A stretch of 64,000 nt of DNA, taken from Bdellovibrionales bacterium (GTDB lineage: Bacteria; Bdellovibrionota; Bdellovibrionia; Bdellovibrionales; UBA1609). Shown here in pieces: positions 39,213 through 47,434 of this stretch. The notes under the pieces are model-generated. The model searched no databases. It was given only the letters and a program-made list of their open reading frames with translations, and was not told the origin of the DNA. Each line of letters begins with the position of its first letter. The stretch's first letter is position 1. Where the stretch lies: the NCBI GenBank assembly GCA_965219095.1, contig CBDCMT010000001.1, positions 992,001-1,056,000 on the forward strand. Direction: 5' to 3'. Made by a program: the position numbers and the translations under genes.

Positions 39213-39635
39213 TTAATAATTTGATTGCATTGTTATGAAGAAAACTAAAAATACAAATAATAACTGACCTATATAGAAAATGTTTAAAGTTAATGAAAAC
39301 ACAGATAAAATCCAATTACATTTTGATTTTTCAAAGTGTTTCGCCACATTCATTTCAAATTCAGTATCTTTTTGCACTCTCACATCATTATAAACTTTTC
39401 GAAATAATCGCTCCTGCCATAAAAAATACCCGTCTAAAATCCAAAAAAATATAACAGGAACAGAAAAAGATAAAATAATATATGGATTTTCCACATCAAA
39501 TCTTGCTATTAAAACAATAGAAGCAACAACCAAGGTCATACTCCAACCTTTTAAAAGAAAAGAGTTATGAGCTATTCGATTGACTACCTTTTGTATCATC
39601 TCTAAATGTCGAACTACCTTTTCTTCTGAATCCAT
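39213..39635 (-). CDS. Small multi-pass membrane protein (HLEMIQ...NSFLLKGW...LDGYFLWQERLFR family)
   Basis: About three hydrophobic segments. Stop lies 18 nt upstream of the TIR start. Confidence 0.85.
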   Translation of the reverse strand: MDSEEKVVRHLEMIQKVVNRIAHNSFLLKGWSMTLVVASIVLIARFDVENPYIILSFSVPVIFFWILDGYFLWQERLFRKVYNDVRVQKDTEFEMNVAKHFEKSKCNWILSVFSLTLNIFYIGQLLFVFLVFFITMQSNY

Positions 39636-39785
39636 AAATAACCCTAACCTCTTTCTTTATACTTAAAATTCTAATAAAAAAGTAGTTCTAATCATTAGAC
39701 ACTCAACATCATTTTGTTGAGACTTTTCTCTAGAAACTGGGAGCCCTCTCATTTTGTAGGAGCATAACATAATTAAAGCATTTTT

Positions 39786-39859
39786 GCCTCCTCAAAAGAA
39801 TCTGTGGATTTCCGGAGGTTCTGGCAGTTTTCCAAGGTTATGATATAAGGCAATTTTTA
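39786..39859 (-). repeat. Solo ISL3 right end
   Basis: Matches 50122-50195 with a few substitutions. Confidence 0.88.
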
Positions 39860-39922
39860 GGAATGGTATTACTCATCCTCTCTCTCATCAAGCTCTTTTT
39901 TAGTCTCCCTTTTTTTGTGCTG

Positions 39923-40561
39923 TCAGTTATTTTGGTTCTCAAAATGTTCAAAGGTTTTACGGCTAAACTTTCCAAAAGTAATGATTTCTGTTCGTGGTAT
40001 AATGACTTCCATATCAATCAAATCAAAGTGGTTTTCATATTTAGGATAATAAGTGTTCCAGACTACCTCCTTTGTTTCTTTTTTTCTGTATCCACTCTTA
40101 AACGGTACTATAGAAATTGTTTGAGACTCATGTCTTGATTTTGGATTTTCTGGATATTTCCATAAAAGACCTTGATAGGTCTTTCCGTTTTTAAGAGTCA
40201 TTAAAACTTCTTTTTTGTCCCATTCAATACATTTTTTATAAAAGTTATCTTGTACTGGTAGAAATATCCACTTAGCAATGAATTCAATTTGAGCTAATAA
40301 TAGTAAAGCAGGCGTAAAAATTAATGATGCAATTAATAATATAAATAATTTCTTTTTTAGCCCCTCAAGACTACATGTTTCCATAATTAATTCAGCAGGA
40401 AGCCAAGTTAAAGCTGCTATCAAAACAAGGGTAAAAATATAAGGCCAGCCTGAAAGATTAACAGCTGTTGCTGCTAATCTTTTAGCAGGCCTATGTTTAT
40501 TATAAAAATGAATGAAAACTATTCCGGGAATAGCCCAAAGAATATTATGAAAGTCTAGCAT
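39923..40561 (-). CDS. Membrane protein with C-terminal Sm-like beta domain (DUF6338-like)
   Basis: Three N-terminal TM segments, then VLMTLKNGKTYQG and PFKSGYR...VIIPRTEI. Confidence 0.7.
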   Translation of the reverse strand: MLDFHNILWAIPGIVFIHFYNKHRPAKRLAATAVNLSGWPYIFTLVLIAALTWLPAELIMETCSLEGLKKKLFILLIASLIFTPALLLLAQIEFIAKWIFLPVQDNFYKKCIEWDKKEVLMTLKNGKTYQGLLWKYPENPKSRHESQTISIVPFKSGYRKKETKEVVWNTYYPKYENHFDLIDMEVIIPRTEIITFGKFSRKTFEHFENQNN

Positions 40562-40567
40562 CTGGTT

Positions 40568-40789
40568 TTATGAGCTTTGTTTTTTTGCAACTGATTTGTT
40601 ATGAGCTCTAATTGCTCGTTGTACTTCGGGATCATTCCAGAGCTCTTCTGCTGTTGGCCAAGGTTCTGCTGCTGTTCCTTTTTTACGGAAAAGCCAGTTT
40701 CCATAACCTAATTTTTGTTTTTTCTCTTTTGTTTTTTGTGTTGGTTTCACCCTATCTTTAATCCTTTTGGCCATAAATAAAAACCTCAT
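40568..40789 (-). CDS. Small basic hypothetical protein
   Basis: Stop lies 6 nt upstream of the DUF6338-like gene, same strand. Confidence 0.6.
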   Translation of the reverse strand: MRFLFMAKRIKDRVKPTQKTKEKKQKLGYGNWLFRKKGTAAEPWPTAEELWNDPEVQRAIRAHNKSVAKKQSS

Positions 40790-40976
40790 TACCTAATTCT
40801 CATTTTACAGTCAAAAAAAGCAAAGAGCAAGTTAAAAAATCACGGAAATTTCTTGGTGTATTATAAAGGTGCCAAAAAAGAATACGTTGTCTTGTGACGT
40901 GGGCTTGGAGCTATCAACCATTTGATGAGGATGTCCGTAATCCCGTTAGACTTTCCAGAAAGGGCATTTTTTGTAC

Positions 40977-41035
40977 CCTGAGTTTAGCTCAGGGGAGTCC
41001 TTTTTTCCAATCCTAACGATTTTACGGACAATCTT
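40977..41035. repeat. IS-end-like repeat shared with about 12815-12872 (inverted)
   Basis: ttagctcaggggagtcc...ctaacga.ttta.g.acaatct is the reverse complement of the sequence into which IS66 element A inserted. Confidence 0.6.
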
Positions 41036-41106
41036 GTCCTGGAAAAAGTGGAGTCAACATACAAGCCGTTATAAAAAACTATGTTAAGTACTAAGGAAGC
41101 CAGGGT

Positions 41107-41469
41107 TCAGGTCAGCTTCGAGTGAAACTGTAAGGGTAAGGACCCCGCACTTGTGCGGGGGGCATCTATTTTTTCCTGAGAATCATAGAACTTCTTTCTT
41201 AACCTTTCAAAAATAGCTCTATCGTAACGAGATGTTCTTTCGAATAAACTTTTGTAGTACATAATTTCATTAAGGTCGTTATCAGAGTATTGAGCTTTAT
41301 GAAGAGCAAAGTTTTTAAAAAAGTCACTTAGTTTTTTTTCTATGTATCCATTATCAAGACTTTCTATACTTACAGACACTCTGAAAGTAGAGCCACCACC
41401 TGCATAAACACTTTCAAGGAAACTGAAAGTAAGTAAGATTGATAAAATAATAATACTACCTTTTTTCAT
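41107..41469 (-). CDS. Secreted hypothetical protein
   Basis: Signal peptide (VYA cleavage), RBS aggagg, ATGA overlap with the upstream gene. Confidence 0.75.
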   Translation of the reverse strand: MKKGSIIILSILLTFSFLESVYAGGGSTFRVSVSIESLDNGYIEKKLSDFFKNFALHKAQYSDNDLNEIMYYKSLFERTSRYDRAIFERLRKKFYDSQEKIDAPRTSAGSLPLQFHSKLT

Positions 41470-41990
41470 TTTGCCTCCTTTAAACTTTTCATAGATGAAA
41501 TTTGGATTGCATTAAGTGTTATATTGTATATGTTACCGCTAGTGATTGGTTTTGACAAAGAAAATAGCTTATCAATAAGTTTTATATATTCCTCTCTAAA
41601 TGTTTCCATAGTGGTATCATTTGTAGCAACGACTGTATTTTCTCCATGCTTAAGATTATCTGTATCTGTTTTCAATAAAGCGTCCTTACTTTTAAGAATA
41701 TGACAATTCACGCTTTTGTTTCTTGAGAAGTTTTCTCCTGTAAGAATAAAGTTTAGCTTCCTAGCTCGATAAAAATCTCCATCTTTTACAAGAAGCCCTA
41801 ATTCTCTTAACCCTTCTATAGCCTCATTTGCTTCTTTAAGATTGACTTGAAAAATCTCTGCTACAACTTGAGGTGAGGATTTGAGTGATTTCATAGTTAA
41901 ATAAGCGTGGAGTGCTGTCCATAGGGTTAAAGACAGCCATTTGTCGTACAGTGTTTCTAGTTGAGTTTGTTTTTCTTTATTTATATTCAT
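41466..41990 (-). CDS. Winged-helix / DUF4423-like protein
   Basis: EAIEGLRELGLL wHTH-like segment and C-terminal IYNITL strand typical of DUF4423/TIGR02147 proteins. RBS aggag. Confidence 0.6.
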   Translation of the reverse strand: MNINKEKQTQLETLYDKWLSLTLWTALHAYLTMKSLKSSPQVVAEIFQVNLKEANEAIEGLRELGLLVKDGDFYRARKLNFILTGENFSRNKSVNCHILKSKDALLKTDTDNLKHGENTVVATNDTTMETFREEYIKLIDKLFSLSKPITSGNIYNITLNAIQISSMKSLKEAK

Positions 41991-42003
41991 TTTTCTCCTT
42001 TCT

Positions 42004-42426
42004 TTAACATTCTAGATAGTGTTTAAGCCTGTAATAAGATTCTCCTAATTTATTTTTTGAGGCTTTTCTTTCTGTTGTTTTTAGCACTTCTTTTAAAAGA
42101 ACTCGCTTTTCAAGTTCATTAAAATGATTCATAAGGTTTGTAACATCTCGTCCTATACGAATGTCACCTTCTTTTTGGCTAGAGGAGAGTTTTTCATCTA
42201 ATAGAGACTTTAAATCAATTCCTAAAATCTCTAAAAGACAAAAAAGATGTCTTGATTTCAAACTAGTCCTGCCATTTAAAAATTTACTTAGAGATGTATT
42301 ACTAATGCCCATAATTTTAGAAGCCTGACTGATACTCATTCCTCTTTCTTTCAGCAAAGAAGCCATTTTCATAGGAACTGGCCCATTGATTGCTTTTATT
42401 CTTAACATACAGGATAAGGCTATCAT
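42004..42426 (-). CDS. XRE-family HTH transcriptional regulator
   Basis: MSISQASKIMGISNTSLSKFLNG helix-turn-helix. The true start may be 42372. Confidence 0.82.
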   Translation of the reverse strand: MIALSCMLRIKAINGPVPMKMASLLKERGMSISQASKIMGISNTSLSKFLNGRTSLKSRHLFCLLEILGIDLKSLLDEKLSSSQKEGDIRIGRDVTNLMNHFNELEKRVLLKEVLKTTERKASKNKLGESYYRLKHYLEC

Positions 42427-42497
42427 GGAACTTTCTAAAAGAAAACCCCTCTAAAATAAATTTATTTAGTTGTAAAATTTACAAGTATGATTTCTCT

Positions 42498-42609
42498 AAC
42501 AAACATAAACTTTAGTTAAAAAACTATCTTCTTTTTTAACTAAAGTTTATGTTTGTTGTCTAAAGTTCCCATCTTCTAACTAAAGATCAAAAGCCATGGT
42601 CTTTAGTTA
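42498..42609. promoter_or_regulatory. Paired inverted repeats (candidate oriT or operator)
   Basis: Perfect 26-bp IR at 42498-42523/42532-42557 and a 13-bp IR with 1 mismatch at 42577-42609. All four arms contain taactaaag. Confidence 0.7.
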
Positions 42610-42708
42610 AAATTTTCATTTTTTTTCAAAAAAAACAAAAAAATCCTTTTTTTTCATTTAATTTAAATTCTAGGAAAGAAAAATACCTTTTCTAGAAAGG
42701 AGGAAAAA

Positions 42709-42849
42709 ATGAAAAATAAAATAAAAAATGGAAGAAAGAGAAAGATCTCAAACAGAAGACCAAGTCCTGAACTTCTTGAGTTTTTGTGTGAATACAATGA
42801 AGACTTGAAAAAGTATATGGAATTAAAAAAATACATAGTCTATCACTAG
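42709..42849 (+). CDS. 46-aa basic leader protein of the transfer operon (not in ORF track)
   Basis: Strong RBS aaggagg, MKNKIKNGRKRKISNRRPSPELLEFLCEYNEDLKKYMELKKYIVYH, stop 12 nt before the next ATG. Confidence 0.6.
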   Translation: MKNKIKNGRKRKISNRRPSPELLEFLCEYNEDLKKYMELKKYIVYH

Positions 42850-42861
42850 AAGGGAGTAAAA

Positions 42862-43668
42862 ATGACTTTAAAAACTACGATTTATTTTTTAAGCCTTACT
42901 CTGATGTCTTGTGCTGGGGGTTTAAATTTCAAAAATTTTGAAAAAGAGTTTAAAGAAATAAAAGATATTTCTTTCTTAAATGATGAGATAAAGGCTAGAA
43001 ACATTTTTTTCAAAAAAGGTGTGTTCGTAACTTATGGACAAAATGTTTTTGTCGAAGCTGAAACAATTTATTTTGATGACACAGTGATTGAGACTTTTCC
43101 TGAAGGGAAGAGAGCAGGTATAGGCTTTAAGGGACGAGATGGAGGGGTGATTGAGTTCAAAGCAAAAAAAATTGTGGGAAAACTCCATGTAATTTTACGT
43201 GGGGAAAATGGTGGTCAAGGGCTTAAGGCTCGTAATTTAGAAGCTTATGAAGGAATGGGAAGAAAAGGTCGTGACGGAAAAGCTTCAAGATATAGTTGCT
43301 CTCGCATGAGAGGAGAAAGAGAGTGTCACTGTATATTGGTTCGTCATGGGGAAGATGGTGGTCGTGGAAAAAGAGGACTTCAGGGTGGCAGTGGTTTTAG
43401 GGGCGGTGATGCTGGTGTTTTTCTTATCCGTGCAAAAGAAATGAGTGAGTTTGAGCTAAGTTATAAAAGTGTAGCAGGAGGTGGTGGTAAAGGTGGTTTT
43501 GGTGGAAAAGGCGGCAGAGGGGGAAAGGGTGGAAAGTCTGATCATTCAAAATTTTGCCACGCTTATGAAGGAAAACACGGAAAACAAGGTTTAAGAGGCC
43601 TGACAGGAGAAAAAGGAGAGAAAGGACAAGAGGGTCTGTTTAAAATTAGGAAAAAGTTTTACCAGTAG
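42862..43668 (+). CDS. Lipoprotein with Gly-rich collagen-like (G-x-x) segments
   Basis: Lipobox LMSC, repeated GxxGxxG tracts and interspersed Cys. Confidence 0.8.
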   Translation: MTLKTTIYFLSLTLMSCAGGLNFKNFEKEFKEIKDISFLNDEIKARNIFFKKGVFVTYGQNVFVEAETIYFDDTVIETFPEGKRAGIGFKGRDGGVIEFKAKKIVGKLHVILRGENGGQGLKARNLEAYEGMGRKGRDGKASRYSCSRMRGERECHCILVRHGEDGGRGKRGLQGGSGFRGGDAGVFLIRAKEMSEFELSYKSVAGGGGKGGFGGKGGRGGKGGKSDHSKFCHAYEGKHGKQGLRGLTGEKGEKGQEGLFKIRKKFYQ

Positions 43669-43677
43669 GTGCTATCT

Positions 43678-44201
43678 ATGAAGACACTCATTATCTTAGC
43701 CTCTTTTTTTCTTGTATCTTGCTCTCATTTTTCAAACTCTCAAACCAAAAGAGATGTTTTCAAAAAAGTAGCTTTAAGTATCGTGGTTGGCGGTATTTAC
43801 GGCTCTACTTTGAAAGAAAACAAAAAGAAGAATGTTCTGCTCTTTTCCAGTCTTTTAGGTTTAGGGGTAGGAGTTTATGGTCTTTATCATCTTGATGAAA
43901 GTAAGCAACTTAAAGTCTTAAAAAACAACTTTCAGAATTAAAAGAAACAAAGGGTCTTACTTTTTTAGGGAAAAATAAAGCTCTCCTGCAACAAGGAGAA
44001 GTTCCTTTTTATAAAAAAGGACTTCCTTCTCATTTAAAGCACCTTGTTGTACCCAGCGAATGGAGTCTTTATGAGTTGGAAGAGGAAATAGGTGGAAAAG
44101 AATGGATACAAGTTGAAGTTTTGAAAGTTTTAAAAGGAAATAGGCTTTTTGAGTTAAAGCCTTCAAAAATCAACCCTTATTTACGAAAGGAGATGAAATG
44201 A
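43678..44201 (+). pseudogene. Lipoprotein with glycine-zipper TM pair, frameshifted at an A-run
   Basis: Lipobox LVSC. The ORF stops at 43941 but a shifted frame (KQLSELKETKG...RKEMK*) is open to 44201 and overlaps the pilin ATG as ATGA. Confidence 0.65.
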
Positions 44202-44464
44202 AAAAGCATATAATCTTTATGTTCATTTTAATGATTTGTTTTTGTCTTGAGGCACGAGATTTAGAAGCCAGTTTAAGAGACATCAGTGAGACTGTAAGAA
44301 GTATAGGGATCATTTTAGGTGTTCTTTCTTTTTTGGTTTCAGGAGTTTGTTTTTACTTTTCAAAAAGTACAGGCATAGAGAGGTTTCAATCAGCAGCTGT
44401 AGGAACGCTTATTTTTGCCACCTCATCGACTATTTTTTCTATTATTTTTAATTCATTTAACTAG
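44198..44464 (+). CDS. VirB2/TrbC-like pilin
   Basis: 88 aa with signal peptide and two hydrophobic helices, located upstream of VirB3/VirB4-like genes. Confidence 0.75.
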   Translation: MKKHIIFMFILMICFCLEARDLEASLRDISETVRSIGIILGVLSFLVSGVCFYFSKSTGIERFQSAAVGTLIFATSSTIFSIIFNSFN

Positions 44465-44476
44465 AGGAAGGAAGTT

Positions 44477-44749
44477 ATGCACAGTTCAAAGATATTAAAT
44501 AAGCAGTCAAATTTTTTAGGTCTAAGTACTTCTGATTTTCTTTTTTTAAGTGGGTTTTACATGCTCTCTCAAGCTTTGCTTTTCCCTTTAGGTTTTGAGT
44601 TTTTTGGATTGATCCTTGTTATTCTACTTTTGTTTTTCCTGATTCCTATAAGGTTAAAGTACAGAAAGAAAATTATAAGAAATACTCTTTTTTATCTTTT
44701 TATAAAAATTTTTAAACGAGGATTTGTGAATGTTTATAAAAAAGTATGA
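44477..44749 (+). CDS. VirB3/TraL-like membrane protein
   Basis: 90 aa, FLGLS motif and two TM helices, between the pilin and VirB4. Confidence 0.65.
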   Translation: MHSSKILNKQSNFLGLSTSDFLFLSGFYMLSQALLFPLGFEFFGLILVILLLFFLIPIRLKYRKKIIRNTLFYLFIKIFKRGFVNVYKKV

Positions 44750-46826
44750 GAAACTAAAGGACTACACTTGGCTTTCTAGAGGATTTTTAGGGAAAACCTT
44801 TAAGCTGTGTTTAAAAGATTTTGAAAGCCTTGAGAACGAAAACCTTTACAATTCTATAGAGAATTTTTTAAAGAACTTAAGAGTAGAAGACTACGCTAGC
44901 TTTTCTTTGTTTTCCAGTGTTTCTTATGACTCTAGCTTTGATAACAAGAGGAGAAATGATTTAAAAAAGGTTGGTTTTGTGAAAAAAAGACTTTTTTTCA
45001 ACATCTTCTCTCAAAAGAAAACCCCTCTTTTTTGTAAAAAAAGTGAGATTTTTGAGCAAATGGAAAGCATCAATCAGTTTTCTGATAGCTTTCTAGAACT
45101 AAAGCCTATTTTCATTAAATCCTTTTTTAAAAAACTATTTAATGTTGAAAGGTTAAAACTTGAACCTTTTGGCTTTTCTAACAAAGACGAGGTTTTAGGG
45201 ATTTTAAAACTTCATACTCTTTCTAGCTCTCTTTTAGATTTAAAAAATCTAATTTTTTTAACAGAAAGACTCCCTCTTCCTTTTGAGTATCATATAAAGA
45301 TCAAAAAAATTGATAAGTTCAAACAAAGAGCAAGCCTTTCAAGACAAACTAAGCAGGAGGCTAGAGAGGTCAGTCAAGAGAGTTTTTTACGCTATCAGGC
45401 TACTCAGGAAGCCTTGTGTGATATGGAGCTTAGAGGAAATGATTTTTTTCAGTTTGAGGTGCACGTTGTGTTAAGAAGGGATTCCAAAAGAGTTTTGAGA
45501 AATGACCTTCTTCTTTCTCAAAAAGAACTTACTTTACTTGGTGATTTTCACATGGAAACTGTGGGAGCTTTTTCTTCCTTTTTATCTTTATTACCAGCCC
45601 ATAGTTTCCATGTTCCTTTAATATGTCAGGATAGAGAACTGGGGTGTTTTCTCCCTCTTTTCACAAGAGGAGTAGGAGGGTTTCAAGCCTCAAAATCCTC
45701 TCTTATTTATCACAGAGTTGATCAATCTTTAGATGAATTTAATCCTTTCCACAAGGATTATGATAACTACTGCGGAGTGGTTATTGGAAAATCAGGACGG
45801 GGGAAGTCTGTTTTTACTAATCTTCTTCTTGGCAGTCTTTCTTATGACCAAAGCCTTAAAGTCATTTTGGTTGATGTAAAAGGTTCTTATCAAAAGAGAA
45901 TTAAAGAGCTTGAAGGACAAACTTATAACATATCGGTGGACAAGTCTTGTGCTCTTGACCCTTTTAGACAGCTTACAAACAAAAAAGAAAGTATTGAAAT
46001 CATTTTATCTTTTTTGAAATCTTTAATTGCAGAAAAGCTCTCACCTCGAGAAGAATCAAACCTTGAAAGAAGCCTTATAGAGTACGCAAGCCAAGCTCAA
46101 ACCCCAAGCCTAGAAGAGTTTGTAAAAACATTAAAGAGTTTTCAAAAAATACACATTTTAGAGAGGTGGACTAAAGGCTCTTTAAAAGAAAATATTTTTT
46201 CAAACTCAGACTCCAATTTTGAATTAAAAAATCTAAATTATTTTAACTTTAGTGAAATTATGACAGCTCAAGATAGGGACACCTCTTTAGCTGTCATGTC
46301 GGCTGTGATGAGTGAGTTCTCTCACCAGCTCTTAGAAAAAGAAGATCATGACAAACTCATTTTTATTGTGGATGAAACACCTTTTTTCATTCAGCACTCT
46401 TTTGAGACCTTTAAACTTTTGAGTAAAAACGTAAGAAAGCTTAACGCTTCTCTTCTTCTTATAGCTCAAGTTTCAAGTGATTTGATTTTAGGGGGTGACA
46501 GGTCTCTTATTGACAATAGTGAATTTAAAGTTCTTTTTTCCCTTGATGACCAAGAAAAGGTCTTTCAGCAAAGATTTTCTCTTAGAGAAGAGGAAATGGA
46601 GGTTTTAAAACAATTAAGGACAAAAAAAGGTGAATACTCTCAGTTTTTATTGAAAGACTCACTTTGTTCTAAAGTGGGGTTTTTACGATTAAGTGACAAA
46701 GAGTACATACAAGTCACAACAAACCCTAAAGAGTTTCAAAAACTAAACACTCTTAAAAAAATGTACCCTTTTTATAGTGATGAAACATTATCCCAAGCCT
46801 TTAGATTTTTAGAGAGGTTATCATGA
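44730..46826 (+). CDS. virB4: VirB4/TraC-family T4SS ATPase
   Basis: GKSGRGKS, LVDVKGSY, IVDE and RKLN...IAQ motifs. Confidence 0.88.
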   Translation: MFIKKYEKLKDYTWLSRGFLGKTFKLCLKDFESLENENLYNSIENFLKNLRVEDYASFSLFSSVSYDSSFDNKRRNDLKKVGFVKKRLFFNIFSQKKTPLFCKKSEIFEQMESINQFSDSFLELKPIFIKSFFKKLFNVERLKLEPFGFSNKDEVLGILKLHTLSSSLLDLKNLIFLTERLPLPFEYHIKIKKIDKFKQRASLSRQTKQEAREVSQESFLRYQATQEALCDMELRGNDFFQFEVHVVLRRDSKRVLRNDLLLSQKELTLLGDFHMETVGAFSSFLSLLPAHSFHVPLICQDRELGCFLPLFTRGVGGFQASKSSLIYHRVDQSLDEFNPFHKDYDNYCGVVIGKSGRGKSVFTNLLLGSLSYDQSLKVILVDVKGSYQKRIKELEGQTYNISVDKSCALDPFRQLTNKKESIEIILSFLKSLIAEKLSPREESNLERSLIEYASQAQTPSLEEFVKTLKSFQKIHILERWTKGSLKENIFSNSDSNFELKNLNYFNFSEIMTAQDRDTSLAVMSAVMSEFSHQLLEKEDHDKLIFIVDETPFFIQHSFETFKLLSKNVRKLNASLLLIAQVSSDLILGGDRSLIDNSEFKVLFSLDDQEKVFQQRFSLREEEMEVLKQLRTKKGEYSQFLLKDSLCSKVGFLRLSDKEYIQVTTNPKEFQKLNTLKKMYPFYSDETLSQAFRFLERLS

Positions 46827-47434
46827 CAAAATTTTTCACCCCCTTAATTTTATTATTTTGTCATGATGCCTCTTGTTTTATCGATGCTTTTTTTAAGCCT
46901 GTAGAAAAGGTAGCTGACAAGGCTTTAATTTTAGATTCTCTTTCTGATCTGTTAAACGAGTTAAAGGGTAACAAAGACCTTGAGAAAGAACTCAAGCTTT
47001 TAAGCCAAGACATTTCTGATTTTGAACATGAAGCAAGAAGCTACAAGTACCTTTCAAAAGACCTTAGAAATATCTTAAACCCTTCTTTCAACTCTCTTCA
47101 AAGCCTTCACCAGAAGATCAGATATTCTACAAACTATATGAGAAGAGTAAAAAATTTCAAGAAAAGACTTCTTAACAAGTTCGGATCTTCGTCTTCTGCA
47201 GTAACAGCTAGTGAACAGATGAATACCAACTCTCTTTTGAACGAAACTTTAAGAAATCAGCACCTTTCAGAGATAAGAAGAGAGAGAAAAAGAATCGCTA
47301 AACAAAGACAAAAATTAAAGTCTTTGAGAGATGAAAAACAGTTTTTAAAAAAGCAATTTCACGAGATCAATAGACATTCTAAACATTATGGTTTTGGAGC
47401 CTTCTTTCCTTTTAAGAACAGGAGTGAGAAATGA
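46823..47434 (+). CDS. Secreted coiled-coil T4SS protein (VirB5/TrbJ-like by position)
   Basis: Signal peptide, helical, ATGA overlaps on both sides. Confidence 0.5.
   Translation: MTKFFTPLILLFCHDASCFIDAFFKPVEKVADKALILDSLSDLLNELKGNKDLEKELKLLSQDISDFEHEARSYKYLSKDLRNILNPSFNSLQSLHQKIRYSTNYMRRVKNFKKRLLNKFGSSSSAVTASEQMNTNSLLNETLRNQHLSEIRRERKRIAKQRQKLKSLRDEKQFLKKQFHEINRHSKHYGFGAFFPFKNRSEK

Noticed and set aside
40790..41100. tRNA gene or integrase at the left ICE boundary
   Set aside because: No cloverleaf, T-loop consensus or recombinase ORF was found. Only IS-end remnants and the GC-rich patch reported separately.
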